A program made the translations under genes and the position numbers. This document shows positions 1 to 11,121 of a DNA stretch of 64,000 nt, piece by piece. The DNA comes from Vicinamibacterales bacterium (lineage in GTDB: Bacteria > Acidobacteriota > Vicinamibacteria > Vicinamibacterales > UBA8438), in the NCBI GenBank assembly GCA_965206705.1, contig CBDBKJ010000004.1, forward strand, positions 1,114,703-1,178,702. Direction: 5' to 3'. Each line of letters opens with the position of its first letter. Position 1 is the stretch's first letter. The notes below the pieces were generated by a model. That model saw only the letters and a list, made by a program, of their open reading frames with translations. It had not been told where the DNA came from and searched no databases.

Positions 1-9
1 TGGACCGCC

Positions 10-765
10 ATGAGGTCGACGCATCCCAATCGCATCTACGGTCTGATCCGGTCCCTGGCGGTCTATCACGCGATTCCGTTGCGCCAGCGCCGGCTGCGGC
101 GGCTCTATGCGACGTTCGCCGGACCCGGCGACCTCGTCTTCGACGTCGGCGCCCACGCCGGCAACCGCACCCGCGCCCTCGCCGCGCTCGGCTGCCGGGT
201 GGTGTCGCTCGAGCCGCAACCGGACTTCGCGGGACTGCTCCGCCTCCTGTTCGGCCGACATCCGCGGGTCTCGATTCTCGAAGCCGCGGTGGGCGACCAT
301 GCGGGCACCGCGACCCTGTCGGTCAGCGATCGCACCCCGACCATGACCACGCTGGCGGCCGCGTGGCGCACCGCCCGCGAGGAGGACCCGGTGTTCAGCG
401 GCGTGCGGTGGAACCGCGACATCGACGTGGACCTGATTACCCTCGACACGCTCATCGCCCGCTTCGGCCCACCCGCGTTCGTCAAGATCGACGTCGAGGG
501 CGCGGAGCCGGCGGTGCTGGCCGGACTCACCCTGCCGGTGCCCGCGGTCTCGTTCGAGTACCTGCCCGGTACGCTCGACTACACGCGGACGTGCGTCGAT
601 CGCCTGCAGACCCTGGGACCGTACCGCTTCAACTGGTCGGTCGGCGAGTCCTATCGGCTCGCCGGCGCGGCCTGGGTGGACGGCGACGCCCTGCTGAACG
701 CTCTCCGTACCGGGCCCGCCCGGCGGCGGTCCGGAGACGTCTACGCGCGGCTTGAGACGGCGTAG
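10..765 (+). CDS. FkbM family methyltransferase
   Basis: VFDVGAHAG SAM-binding motif, SLEPQP and FVKIDVEGAE motifs. Confidence 0.9.
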   Translation: MRSTHPNRIYGLIRSLAVYHAIPLRQRRLRRLYATFAGPGDLVFDVGAHAGNRTRALAALGCRVVSLEPQPDFAGLLRLLFGRHPRVSILEAAVGDHAGTATLSVSDRTPTMTTLAAAWRTAREEDPVFSGVRWNRDIDVDLITLDTLIARFGPPAFVKIDVEGAEPAVLAGLTLPVPAVSFEYLPGTLDYTRTCVDRLQTLGPYRFNWSVGESYRLAGAAWVDGDALLNALRTGPARRRSGDVYARLETA

Positions 766-1093
766 GAGTTCGCCGCGCAGCACGGCGCCGCCGTCTGCAA
801 GGAGGCGCCGACTCCCCGGGGGGGTTGGTTGGGCGGCCATCGGAGAGCCGCAGGCGGCGATTCGTAGGCTAGAGTTCTGCCGCGAACTCCACGAAGCCTG
901 TCGGCGAAGAGCGCGCGCGGTTGCCGGGCGTGCCGGCCGGCGCGCCGTCAGCACCGATGCCGCGGAACGCGGTCACGGCCGACGACTGATCCGGCGAGGC
1001 CTCGTGCTCCGCCCGGGCCGGACTCGCCGAGCTGCGAACCCGAGAGAGCGCCGGGCTGGACCGATGTCGCGCCGGTGGCGGTGACGACCCTGA

Positions 1094-2127
1094 TCAAGGC
1101 GGTGCACCTGATGGAGTTGCGTGGCGCGGTGCGGGCCCCCCCGCGTCCTGTGCGCGAGCGCCGCGCAGCACGTTGCTGAGCGCATGGTTCCCCTCGTGGC
1201 AGGCGAACTCGAAGAGGGGCCCCGCTGTCACCCCCCGCCTCGACGGGTCCGCGGACAACGCGAAGCGGACGGTCCACGGCCGGGTAAAGCGGGTCGGGTC
1301 GGTGATCGTCGCTTCGTAGTCGATCCTCTTGGTATCGACTCTCGTGAACCGCTCGACTACGTGCAGTTTCGCGGTAGGCGTCCGCCAGACGTGACGGAAC
1401 CGATCTTGCGAGCGATCCGGGAAGTAGCGGCTCTCGACCACCAACGCCCTCCCTTCCCACCGGCCGCGCGGCTCACCGTTCCACTGCGTGATGCCGGTCT
1501 GCGGGCGGCTGTCTATCGGGATGATCCGTTCCGGCGCTGTTGGTACATCTCGTGCATGATCACCACGTCGGTCGGCGTCTGCAGGATCTGGTGGTTCGGG
1601 TTGTCGCCGAACCAGATCTGCGGCAGCCCGTCACCGAGGCACCGCTCGCCCGTGTCGAGGTCGATGTGCGAGTCCCAGGGGCCGGTCCCATGCGGCCGTT
1701 CGCCGTCACGCGCGGTAGGTGTGTACGGGATTCGGCCGTTCGGCGGATCGACGATCAGCGACGTGCGCCCGCTCGGCTCCCAGGTGGTGCCTTCGTCGAG
1801 CCAGAAGGCGTCGAAGCCGAGGCTGCCGTCAGGCCGGTAATCGACGTCCCCCCCCGCCGGGGCCCGCTCGGCAGACCGCTTCAGCAGGCGTTCTTTCTCG
1901 GCGAGCGCGGCGGTCTCGAGCGCCGCGACTTGCTCCCCGGTCAGGAACTCCCGCCCTTGGTACTCGGATGGCCGTTCGAGCGGCGTGAGCGTCGAGCCGA
2001 CCCAGACTCCCTGCAGGTCAGGATCACCCCAGGGAGTCCTCGGCACCTCCTGGGCCAAGACGGTCACGCCGAGCGTAGCGGCCAGCGCGGTGGCTACATG
2101 CACGGACCACGAACACCCACCTCTCAT
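1094..2127 (-). pseudogene. Secreted hypothetical protein ('RTPWGDPDLQGVW' family), frameshifted near 1520
   Basis: Signal peptide and PRTPWGDPDLQGVW in ORF 1513..2232 (ATG at 2127). The C-terminal LHVVERFTR...FEFACHEGN lies in a different frame (1094..1444). Confidence 0.75.
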
Positions 2128-2174
2128 ACACCTCACGGTACCCTCGCTCCGCAATCGCTCGCCAGATACGCCGC

Positions 2175-2290
2175 GATCCAAACCCTCGCCGCCTACTACC
2201 TCGCCGAGTTCCGCGACCAAGAGGCGAGCCACGTCGACGGCCTCGACGGCCGTGGCAGCCGCGTTTGCTCGCCGGCGTTCGGGGCGACGG
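2175..2290 (+). pseudogene. Fragment of Cre-like tyrosine recombinase N-terminal domain
   Basis: TLAAYYLAEFRDQ and ASTAVAAAF resemble LASYLAELHDQ...ASTAIAAACF at 47.7 kb. Confidence 0.5.
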
Positions 2291-2337
2291 ACCCGGCCGC
2301 TCGGCGACCCCGGCTCGCTCGCTTGTCCGAATCCCTT

Positions 2338-2679
2338 TCACCACCGCAGAAGTTCGATCCGTGTATCGCCGCCATCGGAGACCCTGACATCGAAACGGCT
2401 GAGCTCGCGTCTCAACGGCCGGTCCGGTGTCATCCAGCCGACGAGGGCGTCGATCAGGCGGTCGCCGCGGTCGGCGGGCGTCTTCCCCTTCAGCAGGCGG
2501 ACGGCGTCCGAGGCGATCCGGAACCACACCTGGCCGCCGTCCGGGTCAAGCTCGGCGCCGAACCAAAATGCTCCGTTCGGGTCCCGGCTGTGGTCGAGCG
2601 GCGTCATGGTCCTGGCGCCCCCAGGCCAGTCCTCGCGCGTCCCCTCGATGACGATCATCGGCCCGTCGGCCATGCTCAT
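2338..2679 (-). CDS. Hypothetical protein (113 aa)
   Basis: Protein-like composition, AT-rich upstream region, no recognised family. Confidence 0.55.
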   Translation of the reverse strand: MSMADGPMIVIEGTREDWPGGARTMTPLDHSRDPNGAFWFGAELDPDGGQVWFRIASDAVRLLKGKTPADRGDRLIDALVGWMTPDRPLRRELSRFDVRVSDGGDTRIELLRW

Positions 2680-4158
2680 CCCGTGTAAAATTATTTCCCA
2701 TAGGCAAGTATCGGTGAGGACTCAAAACAGCGCCGGAACGGCGCCTTCTTTCCTCCACCGTTCGCCCGGCGTCTCCACCATCTGAACATCGCCCCGTACC
2801 TCAATCGCTCAGCTCGGCACCGCTCGCAGTGCAACGAACGGCGGCGCCGGCTCGACGTACTCGAGACAGCGAACGCGTCGAGCGGTGCACTGTGGTCGCG
2901 GTGGCGCAGGACCCGGGGATGCCCGCCACGTGTCCAGCCGCTGGAGCCGGTTCAGCCGACACAGTGCGGCTCCATCGAGCCGTTCATCGCCTCATGGACA
3001 GGCGACCAGCAGCCGGCTTCCTCGCACAAGCCATTCGGGCGCTCACGATGATGGCGCGAGGGCGGCCTGCCCGCATTCTGCTAGAGCCCCTTCTATTAGT
3101 CAATTTAAGGGCGTTCGCAGAACGGAAAACGAACAACCGGCCGGCCACCGCATCAGGCCCGGCACTCTTGCCGGCCTGCTGGAGCCCGACGAGATCGGAG
3201 CCTTCGGCCTCCACGTCGTCGTCGGAGTCGCGCCTCTTTGGAGCAGGTTCCGCCGGGCTGCCGCGGGGCGACCGAGGCGCCATTCGGGCGCTATGGGTCC
3301 TGGCTCCGGAGGAGCGTAGCCGCTGCGCTGACGACGCCTACACCCTCCAGAGGATCGGACCGCAGGTAGGGGCCGTGCTGGACGTGCCCCTCGGTGAGAG
3401 GTTCTTCTTCCGCGCGGGAGCACCCGGCTCTGGCGGGCGGGGGTTGGGGTCGGGGTGAAGCTCTGAGTGGCTCCCTCGAATGGCAGGGCGCCGATGACGG
3501 CGGCGACAACGGCGATCTGGGTCCCGACCACCCTCCCGATGACTTCCGGCTTGGTCGCGGTCGACTCCGACGAGCCCCGCCCTCGAAGCGTGGTCTCCCT
3601 CGACGCCGTGATCGCGGGGGTTGCCGCGCCGTCCGCCCCCAAGCCCGGCGCAGTTTGTGCGTCGGAGTCGACGCGGGGTGCCGGTGCCGGCGGTTCCGGA
3701 CCGGCTGGAGGTCTTCCCCGCCGCCGCCCTGCAGCTCCGGCGAGAGCGACACGACGCCGGTCCGCCGGCGATCCGCAAGGCGCGCCGGGCCGCGCTCGAG
3801 ATCGAGGAAGACGAGGTCGTCGACCTTGGCCGCCGCGGGCCGCGAGCAATGAGGACCGGTTGAACCGATTCCCGCCGCGCCCGGCGCCGAGCTCCAAATC
3901 GGCGGCGGCTACCACGTCGCGTTCGACCTCGGCGTTCATTCTCGTCGGTTTGGTGCGGTCCATCGCTGAGGCGGGGCGACCCGTGGCGGCACTCGCGCCG
4001 GCGGATGTCTCGATGCGCTTCCACAACGCCGTCGCCGGGCAGTCTGGTTCACCCGGTCGGCGATCACCCGGCGAGACCGGTGGAAGCTCGCGAGTACCGC
4101 GCGCGTAGGCGCGGCGCCGTTCATCTCTGCGCCCCGGGACCGGTTCGGGGTTCGTCCC

Positions 4159-4716
4159 TCAAGACGAGAAGACGTCGTCCAGGTGGAGTCCGAGGTCAGC
4201 GAGTAGCGGCGAGCGTAGCGTCTGTTCCCGCCCGAAGGTGTGGGTGACCGCCAGCACGCCCGCGCGTTGGCGGTGGACCGAGACGGTTTCGGCTATTGGA
4301 TCGACCAGCCAGTACTCCGTCACGCCGTGTCTGCCGTAGAGTTCACGCTTATAGCCCCGGTCCCGGTCGGCGGTCGCCGGAGACAGTATCTCGATCACCA
4401 GATCCGGCGCACCCCGCACGTTCTCGCCGCCGCTCAGCAGATGCTCGCGTTCCCGGGAGACGGACAGCAGGTCCGGCTGCACGACGTCGATGTCGGACAG
4501 GACCACGTCGCAGGGGGCGCTGAACAGCTCGCCCAACGCCCGCTCTTTGATGAACATGTTCAGCTGCATCGACAGCGCCATCTGCACTCTCTGGTGCTTC
4601 AGATTCGGGGCAGGAACCATGATCAGATCACCGTCCAGCAGCTCGTAGCGCTTGTCCGCTGGCGTGGTGCGGTAGTCCTCGTAGGTGAACTTGACGACGG
4701 GTTGCGTGGTGGCCAC
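4159..4716 (-). CDS. Uma2 family (DUF820) PD-(D/E)XK endonuclease
   Basis: RYELLDG, VVQPDLL, APDLVIEILSP and KRELY..GVTEYWLVDP motifs; probable GTG start at 4716. Confidence 0.92.
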   Translation of the reverse strand: MATTQPVVKFTYEDYRTTPADKRYELLDGDLIMVPAPNLKHQRVQMALSMQLNMFIKERALGELFSAPCDVVLSDIDVVQPDLLSVSREREHLLSGGENVRGAPDLVIEILSPATADRDRGYKRELYGRHGVTEYWLVDPIAETVSVHRQRAGVLAVTHTFGREQTLRSPLLADLGLHLDDVFSS

Positions 4717-5179
4717 GTCGTTGCTTCTCCCGTTACCCCGGTGATCGCAAGATTTCATGATAGCGCGTCTCGACGCGCCCGGGATCGCCGCCGGCCGCTG
4801 TTGCGCCCGGCTGGGGGTGGCTCGAGCGCGGTGGTCGTGGCGTCCCCGTGAACCCTGCGGCGGACAGATACGCCGTGATCGCGGGTGGTGGACTCACGGG
4901 CCGCCCCCCGGGACGGTTGGCGAGCCGCGTGGTCGCGCCCGCGCGGCGACGGCGGGACATCCCGCCCGCCTTTGCCGGAGCACCTCGTCGTCGGCCCAAC
5001 CGTCGCCACGGAGCCAACGCCTCCTCGACCGCGGTGGCTACCGCGTAGTGCGTTCCCTAAAGAGGCGTGACGGAACCGCCTTCAGGCGACCAGAACTCAG
5101 TCGCGCTGCCGCCACGACCAGCAGCAGACTGAGCAGGCCGAGGCCGGCCACCGGCAGCGCGGGCTGCGTATTTCGGCCC

Positions 5180-5720
5180 ATTCCGCTTGTCGGTCGACGC
5201 CTCGTCGTGGATCTTCCCCATCTCGTCGGTCCACTCCCACTGGGTGAGGACCAAGTTCCGCTCGACCCCCCGCGGGCGCGGCGGCGCCCGCGGCACCTCG
5301 CCGGTGGCGATGCGGTCGCTCCAGTCGGCGAACATCCCCAGCCCGCGCTCGCGCCCGAACCGCGACATCCACATGCTCATCTCGGCCCCGCGCTGGCCCA
5401 TGCGGACGCGCGCGTCCCACGCGTCGGCGCTCGAGTCGTGGTCGAGCCCGTCGGGGTGCCCGCGCGTGAACTCGCCCCCGACCTAGTGGCAGCGCAGGCA
5501 GGCCTTCACGTTGTAGAGGTACTCGTCGCGGGTGCGCAGCTCCTCGCTGATGCCGTTGCCCTCGGGGCCGGTCCCGGGGAACTCCCCCGCCCCGGGCGGC
5601 TCGATCAGCGACAGCCACGAGGCGGCCGGATAGACCGCGGCGGCCTCCCGGGGGGTCCCGGCGACGGCCGGCAGCCCCGAGCGAAACCCTTTCTTGGTAG
5701 CGGAAGCGGAACCAGTTGAC
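5180..5720 (-). pseudogene. Internal fragment of a large secreted protein gene (one CxxCH motif) with in-frame stop
   Basis: YPAASWLSL...KACLRCH, stop at 5483, then ...PPRPRGVERNLVLTQWEW; both ends missing. Confidence 0.5.
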
Positions 5721-5779
5721 GATTCTGATGCCGGCGACGCGGATCGGTGGGGTCGACGGGGCGACCGTCTGAGCATCGG

Positions 5780-7432
5780 TCATTCGCGAGGCTTCAGCTC
5801 TTCCTCACTGGAGGACCTCATCCGCATCTCCCCGACTGCCTCGATCTTCGGCTCGTTGTTCACGTTCGCGATACGCAGTCTCGGCTCCATGCAGCCTCCG
5901 TCCGGTGCGAAATCGTAGATCACGAGCTCCGGATGGTAGCTGTCGAACGACTGTCCGAAGAACACGCACGACGCGTTCGACGCGCACGGCAGCACGTGGA
6001 CTCGGCGAACACCGTGCGCGTCCCCCAACCGGTGCAGCAGCTCCTGCATCCGCTGCCGAAACGACGCGCCATCGTCCGGGTGCCCGAGGGCGCCGTTCCC
6101 CAGGTACTCCGTGCGAGCAACCACCGAAACGACCCGTGTCCGAAGGGACTCGGCCGTCGCACGCATCGCCTCGGGGACTGCCGTCAGCCCAAGCAGCAGG
6201 CACGCGTCGTCCTCCCGGTTCGATAGCCGATCCAAACCCTCGATCGAGTAGAAATCGCCGCGGGGCTCGTTCACTGGCCAGTACCAGAGACCGTTCTCTC
6301 GGTACCGCAACATCGGCGTGATCTCGCACTTGTTCCCCAGCTTCGCGCCGAGCGCGATGAGTGCCGGCATCAGTCCCATCGCAAAAAGCGCCGCCCGGTA
6401 TCCCTCTCCGTGTGCCTGTAGCAGGATGTCAGCCGCCGTCTGCTCTACGGCTGTGCCAATAGCGTGCCAGAGGGCCTCGCCCTCCAACGATCGCAACACC
6501 GCTTCGTTCTCGTTGACGGTCCGGAGCTGACCGTCCAGCCGTGCACCAATGGGTCTCAGCGCCCGCGCCACCTGCTGCGACGACGGCAGCGCGATCCTCT
6601 GCCGGTGGACGGGCCACGCCACGCAGAACGCGGGCGTCGGCGTGAGAGCCAAGGCGTCGAGCAGTGCGGTTGCCGCCTCGCAGAAGCGCCGACGCATCGC
6701 GGACAGCTCGGCTGCCGGATAGTCGGCCCGCGCGACCGTGTCCACCAAGCGGTGGTGTGTGTCGCAGAGCAGCAGGACGTTCTCAGGATCGTCTGCCAGG
6801 CTGCCAGACAGGCACGGCACACCCCGCGTACCGCCCTCCGACGCTGCGACGTTGTGCGCCAACGTGGCGAAGTTCCCCCGCTCACGTGTCACCGGGTCTT
6901 CGGTCAGGTCGGCGCCGCAGCCGTCGAACATGCACCGTCCATGGGCGTCAAGTAGGACCCGATTGCGCGTCGAGCCCGTAGTCCCGGCGCCTCGTCCCTT
7001 CTTCCGCGTATCCAGTTCGATCCTCTCGAAGAACGTCAGCCAGCCCTCTTCCACCTGCTCTTTGCGCTGACCCGACGATTTCCTCCAGATGGTCGTCAAT
7101 TCGGCCAAGTTGCGGCTCTGCTCGCCCGTCATCGTTCGGCCCTGCCAGCACCGCAACTCCATCGGATTGGCGGAGTCTTCGTCGTATGCCCGCAGAGCAC
7201 CGACGCTCTCCCGCGCCGAGAGGCAAAAGGGCAAAGCCGACACCACCACGTGGTCGTCCAGGAGCACAGTCACGACTGCGTGCGGCCCGTCGTCCATCAG
7301 CACGCCGACGCGGTTCCACGTCACGAGTGCCCGTACGGCCGCTGTGTGGTCCTTCACGGTGTCGAGCGCCGTCATCGGCGATTCGTGCGTCTGCACCACG
7401 GTGGTCTCCTTCGAATCAACCATCGTCATCAC
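5780..7432 (-). CDS. CBASS effector: HNH nuclease-SAVED (Cap5-like) with N-terminal extension
   Basis: HNH/Zn motifs CMFDGC, LAHNVAASEGGTRG, NVLLLCDTHHRLVD; SAVED-like C-terminus (ALFAMGLMPALIALG, VHVLPCASNASCVFFG); follows JAB and E1 genes. Confidence 0.88.
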   Translation of the reverse strand: MMTMVDSKETTVVQTHESPMTALDTVKDHTAAVRALVTWNRVGVLMDDGPHAVVTVLLDDHVVVSALPFCLSARESVGALRAYDEDSANPMELRCWQGRTMTGEQSRNLAELTTIWRKSSGQRKEQVEEGWLTFFERIELDTRKKGRGAGTTGSTRNRVLLDAHGRCMFDGCGADLTEDPVTRERGNFATLAHNVAASEGGTRGVPCLSGSLADDPENVLLLCDTHHRLVDTVARADYPAAELSAMRRRFCEAATALLDALALTPTPAFCVAWPVHRQRIALPSSQQVARALRPIGARLDGQLRTVNENEAVLRSLEGEALWHAIGTAVEQTAADILLQAHGEGYRAALFAMGLMPALIALGAKLGNKCEITPMLRYRENGLWYWPVNEPRGDFYSIEGLDRLSNREDDACLLLGLTAVPEAMRATAESLRTRVVSVVARTEYLGNGALGHPDDGASFRQRMQELLHRLGDAHGVRRVHVLPCASNASCVFFGQSFDSYHPELVIYDFAPDGGCMEPRLRIANVNNEPKIEAVGEMRMRSSSEEELKPRE

Positions 7433-7901
7433 GCTCCTTGATCAGCGGCCTGAATCGCCGTCCTGCCCGCACGAACACGCGAACTTGGCCCGTGCCCACC
7501 AGCACGAAGGCCAGTGGCCGCCGCGGATTCGCCCGCAGGCACGCGGCCCAGTCGTCGCGGTCGATCCTCGACGGCGTCGGCACCAGTTCCGGGTGCGTGT
7601 GCCAGGTTCCCAGATAAATCGTCCGGCCGCGCGAACGGGCGAACTTCCGGCGCACAGCCGTCTGATGCCCCGGGTCACGAAGCGCAAAGGAGAGGCGCTT
7701 ACGCCAGTCGTGCGCCATCGGCGTGGTCACGCTCTCGATCCAGATCTCGCGACGGTCCACGGACGTCGTCCCCATCAACACCCCGAACGACTCGGCGGCG
7801 TCCGCCGCGGTCTGGCGATGGGCAAGCCAGACGTCCGCCACTTCGTCACACACGTATACCCAGCGTCCGTGCCCTCGAAAACGTGGCACGTCATCCACCA
7901 C
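7416..7901 (-). CDS. cap3: CBASS Cap3-like JAB/MPN isopeptidase
   Basis: AESFGVLMG and YLGTWHTHPE...PSRID JAMM motif; overlaps both neighbouring genes. Confidence 0.88.
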   Translation of the reverse strand: MVDDVPRFRGHGRWVYVCDEVADVWLAHRQTAADAAESFGVLMGTTSVDRREIWIESVTTPMAHDWRKRLSFALRDPGHQTAVRRKFARSRGRTIYLGTWHTHPELVPTPSRIDRDDWAACLRANPRRPLAFVLVGTGQVRVFVRAGRRFRPLIKERDDDG

Positions 7902-9418
7902 ACAAGTCGCAGTTCACATCGTGCAGCGGCAAAAACCGCAACGACTCGCCGAAATGCCGGTATCGCCGCGTCACCTCGATTCCGGCGCGCATGGCCTCCA
8001 CGTCGTCCCCCTTCCAGCTCACCTTCGACGAGGTCGCCACGCCACCGCCGAGAAAGCGCGCGGCCAAGTCCGCCGCTATGGTCGCCGTGGCACTTGCCGC
8101 GATCCCGCTGTAAGGCAGGAACTGCGTGCCGCACCCACCGTGGTTGCGGATCACGTGCTGCCCCGGCTTTAGGAAATTCAGGTTGGAGGTGAGTCCGCGG
8201 GCAAGCGTCGCGGGGTCCACGTAAGCGCAATGCCAGCATCCCTGGACCGCGGGCACTGCCAAGATCGCATGGCCGCCGATTCCGTAGCCCTCCAGCCAGG
8301 AGTTCAGTACCGGCACGCCCAAGGCCTCCTGGCGACAGAAGTCCGCGAAGACCCGTTCGACGGTCGGCGAACCGATCGCGACCACCACTAGGTCGAACGA
8401 CTGCAGCAACCTCCCATCCCTCGGTTCTTCGAGCCGCTTGTGCCAGGGTCTCACGTCCACCCACGGGTATCTCAAGGCGATGTCGCGTGCGAGCGCGTGC
8501 GCCTTGGACCGGCCGATGTCCCCCACCGACAGGACGTGGCGGTAGAGATTCTCTTCCGAGAACGCCTCCGGATCGCAGACGATCAAGCGCCCAACCCCTG
8601 CCGATCCCAGCCGCAGAGCGAGCTCGCTGCCAACCGATCCGCAACCGACGAGCAGAACGGACTTCCTTCCCAGGTCCAGTGAACCGCCGCCCCGCGGAAC
8701 TAGCGATTCTCGCGACAGCGACCTGACTCGGTAAGGGGTCGCCGTCCAGAATCCAGCCGCAGCCTCCGCTTCCGACGACGGCAGAGGGCCGGTTGAGCGC
8801 GAATGCCAACGGATCGCGAACAGCACCCTCCCGTTCGGAATGGGCGCCGAGAAGATCAGCCAATAGTCATGGCTTCTCTGCTTGCGTAGCCGCCGCCATT
8901 CGTGACGTCCCGACGGATCGGTCCGGCCGACAGCATCGAAGTACCATGGCAACAGTTGTTCACGAGTTGCGGGAGGCGGCTCCACGCCGTTCAAGTGGCA
9001 CACCGAGGGCTTTCCCGACAACCTGGCGGTGCTCCCAGTTGGCGGCTCCACACACCGATGCGGGTTGCTGGGCGCTCGCCACCGCGATGTGGGCCTTCAG
9101 GATGTCGGCACCCGTGGCCGTCTGTGGCTGCTTCACCTGCAGAGCCTGCACGTCGCGCCCATCCCAGGTCACGAAGAGCTCGTGAACTCCTCCCTCCGGA
9201 TTCCGGCACAGGCTCTCCCAATGGGCTCCGAACTCCCGCAGCTGCTCCGCTCGGTTGTACTCGCGATCCCGGATCAAGCGCGTGAGCAGGTCGATGTGTT
9301 GCTGCACCGTCTCCAGATACACCTGTTCTGGTCGATCGGTGTTGACTGCGGTCGATGCCGGGTCCGCAATACATACTTCGCCTGGTTCTCCGCTGGCCTC
9401 CACCCCGACGTGAGCTAG
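7891..9418 (-). pseudogene. cap2: CBASS Cap2-like E2-E1 (ThiF) gene, 3' part; frameshift near 8995 and IS interruption at 9418
   Basis: VLLVGCGSVGS, CWHC/CDLC Zn ligands, GGCGT Cys; E2-like HVG...GEVCI and REFGAHW in ORF 8960..9403. Confidence 0.85.
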
Positions 9419-11115
9419 CCTGGATTATTCGTGAAGATGGTGATTCTGGGGGAGACACAGGAGCCTCCGTGTGGTATAAACGTTGTGTTCACAAGCGTTT
9501 AGCCACAACGGAGACCCCTGCGTGACACCTGAAAAGATATCACAGACTGTCCTGTTCCCGGATCTCTTCGACAAGCCCCTCGTCGCCACGTTCAACCGCG
9601 AGCAGGCGAGTTCCGACGGCGGCGCCGTCCTGCTCAAGGCAGCCGAGCGCGTGTACGGCCTCGTCAAGGCGTTTGCCGGGTGTCTCGCCGACAAGCGCGT
9701 GGCGGAGAAGATTCGGCACACGCTCGCGGAGCTGATCGGACAGCGGATCTTCGGCATCGCGTGCGGTCATCCCGACGGCAACGATGCCGACCACTTGGCG
9801 GAGGATCCCATCCACAAGCTGCTGCTCGGGCGAGACCCCGTGGCCGGCGCGCCCTTGGCGTCGCAACCGACGATCTCGCGATTCGAGAACGCCCCGGGCC
9901 GCGGCGCGCTCTACCGAATGGCACGGGAGTTGGCGGCGTGCGTGATCGAGCGGCATCGGCGCCGCCTGCATCGGCGGGTGTGGCGGATCACCATCGATCT
10001 GGACCCGACCGACGACCGGACGCATGGCGCGCAACAGCTCACGTTCTTCAACGGGCACTACGACAGTTGGTGCTATCTGCCGCTGCTCGCGTTCCTGACT
10101 TTCAACGACGAGAAGGAGCAGTATCTGTGCGCGGCGGTGCTGCGGCCGGGCAAGGCGGTGGCGGCCGACGGGACCCTGAGCTTGCTGTGTCGGCTGCTGC
10201 CGATGCTGCGGGCGGCGTTTCCGTCGACGCCGTTTCTCGTCCGGCTCGACGGGGGCTTTGCGACCCCGGAGATCCTCGATTTCCTGGATGCCGAACCGGG
10301 GCTCGACTACGTGGTCGCGATGGGCAAGAACGCGGTGTTGCAGCGGCATGCGGAATCCGCGATGGCGGTGGCCCGCGCGCAGAGCGAGTCCAGTGGCCGA
10401 ACCGAGCACGTCTATACCGACACCCGCTACGCGGCCCGCACGTGGGGCCGCGAACGCCGGGTCGTGATCAAGGCGGAAGTGGTCCGGCTCAAGGGTCGGG
10501 AGCCGCGGGACAATCCGCGCTTCGTCGTGACGAGTCTCTTGCAGAGCTCGCGCTTCGTCTATGAGAGGGTCTACTGCGCCCGCGGGGACATCGAGAACCG
10601 GATCAAGGAGTTGCTGGACGGCCTGCAGATCGACCGCACGAGCTGCTGCAAGTTCCTGCCGAACCAGTTGCGCGTGTTGCTGACCGCGGCGGCCTACGTG
10701 CTCATGCAGGAGCTGCGGCTGCGGGCGGCGCGGACCGGCTGTGCCCGCACCCAGGTGACGTGGCTGCGCGACCGGTTGCTGAAGCTGGGGGTGCATGTCG
10801 TCGGCTCGGCGCGCCGCATCGTCCTGCATCTACCACGAGCGACGCCCCATCTCCACGCGTGGCGGCGCATCGCTCTTGCGCTTGGCGCTCGCGCGGGTTA
10901 GTCAGAGCCCGCGCGGGGCTCGGCGCACGTCTCGGTCCCGGGCGCCACCGCCCGTCCCGGCAGAACCTTCCCCCAACCTGGCCTCCGCGACCGCCCGGTG
11001 CCGTGAAGGCCACGCTACGCCCCCTGCCGCGCCCGCCGCCATGTCCGAGAGGCTCCGCTCGCGGTCCAGCAGGCCCCGTCGGTGACTGATTCTCGACCTT
11101 CGTGAATAATGCAGG
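9419..11115 (+). mobile_element. IS1380 family element, copy 1 (intact)
   Basis: Terminal inverted repeats CCTGGATTATTC / GAATAATGCAGG; CTAG duplicated at 9415-9418 and 11116-11119. Confidence 0.93.
9483..10901 (+). CDS. IS1380 family DDE transposase
   Basis: SSDGGAVLL, LASQPTISRFEN, IDLDPTDD, VRLDGGF and YCARGDIENRIKE motifs; start codon uncertain. Confidence 0.93.
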   Translation: MCSQAFSHNGDPCVTPEKISQTVLFPDLFDKPLVATFNREQASSDGGAVLLKAAERVYGLVKAFAGCLADKRVAEKIRHTLAELIGQRIFGIACGHPDGNDADHLAEDPIHKLLLGRDPVAGAPLASQPTISRFENAPGRGALYRMARELAACVIERHRRRLHRRVWRITIDLDPTDDRTHGAQQLTFFNGHYDSWCYLPLLAFLTFNDEKEQYLCAAVLRPGKAVAADGTLSLLCRLLPMLRAAFPSTPFLVRLDGGFATPEILDFLDAEPGLDYVVAMGKNAVLQRHAESAMAVARAQSESSGRTEHVYTDTRYAARTWGRERRVVIKAEVVRLKGREPRDNPRFVVTSLLQSSRFVYERVYCARGDIENRIKELLDGLQIDRTSCCKFLPNQLRVLLTAAAYVLMQELRLRAARTGCARTQVTWLRDRLLKLGVHVVGSARRIVLHLPRATPHLHAWRRIALALGARAG

Positions 11116-11121
11116 CTAGCT

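Noticed and set aside
2800-4150. Several overlapping ORFs
   Set aside because: Low-complexity translations with only short protein-like scraps; no supportable gene call.
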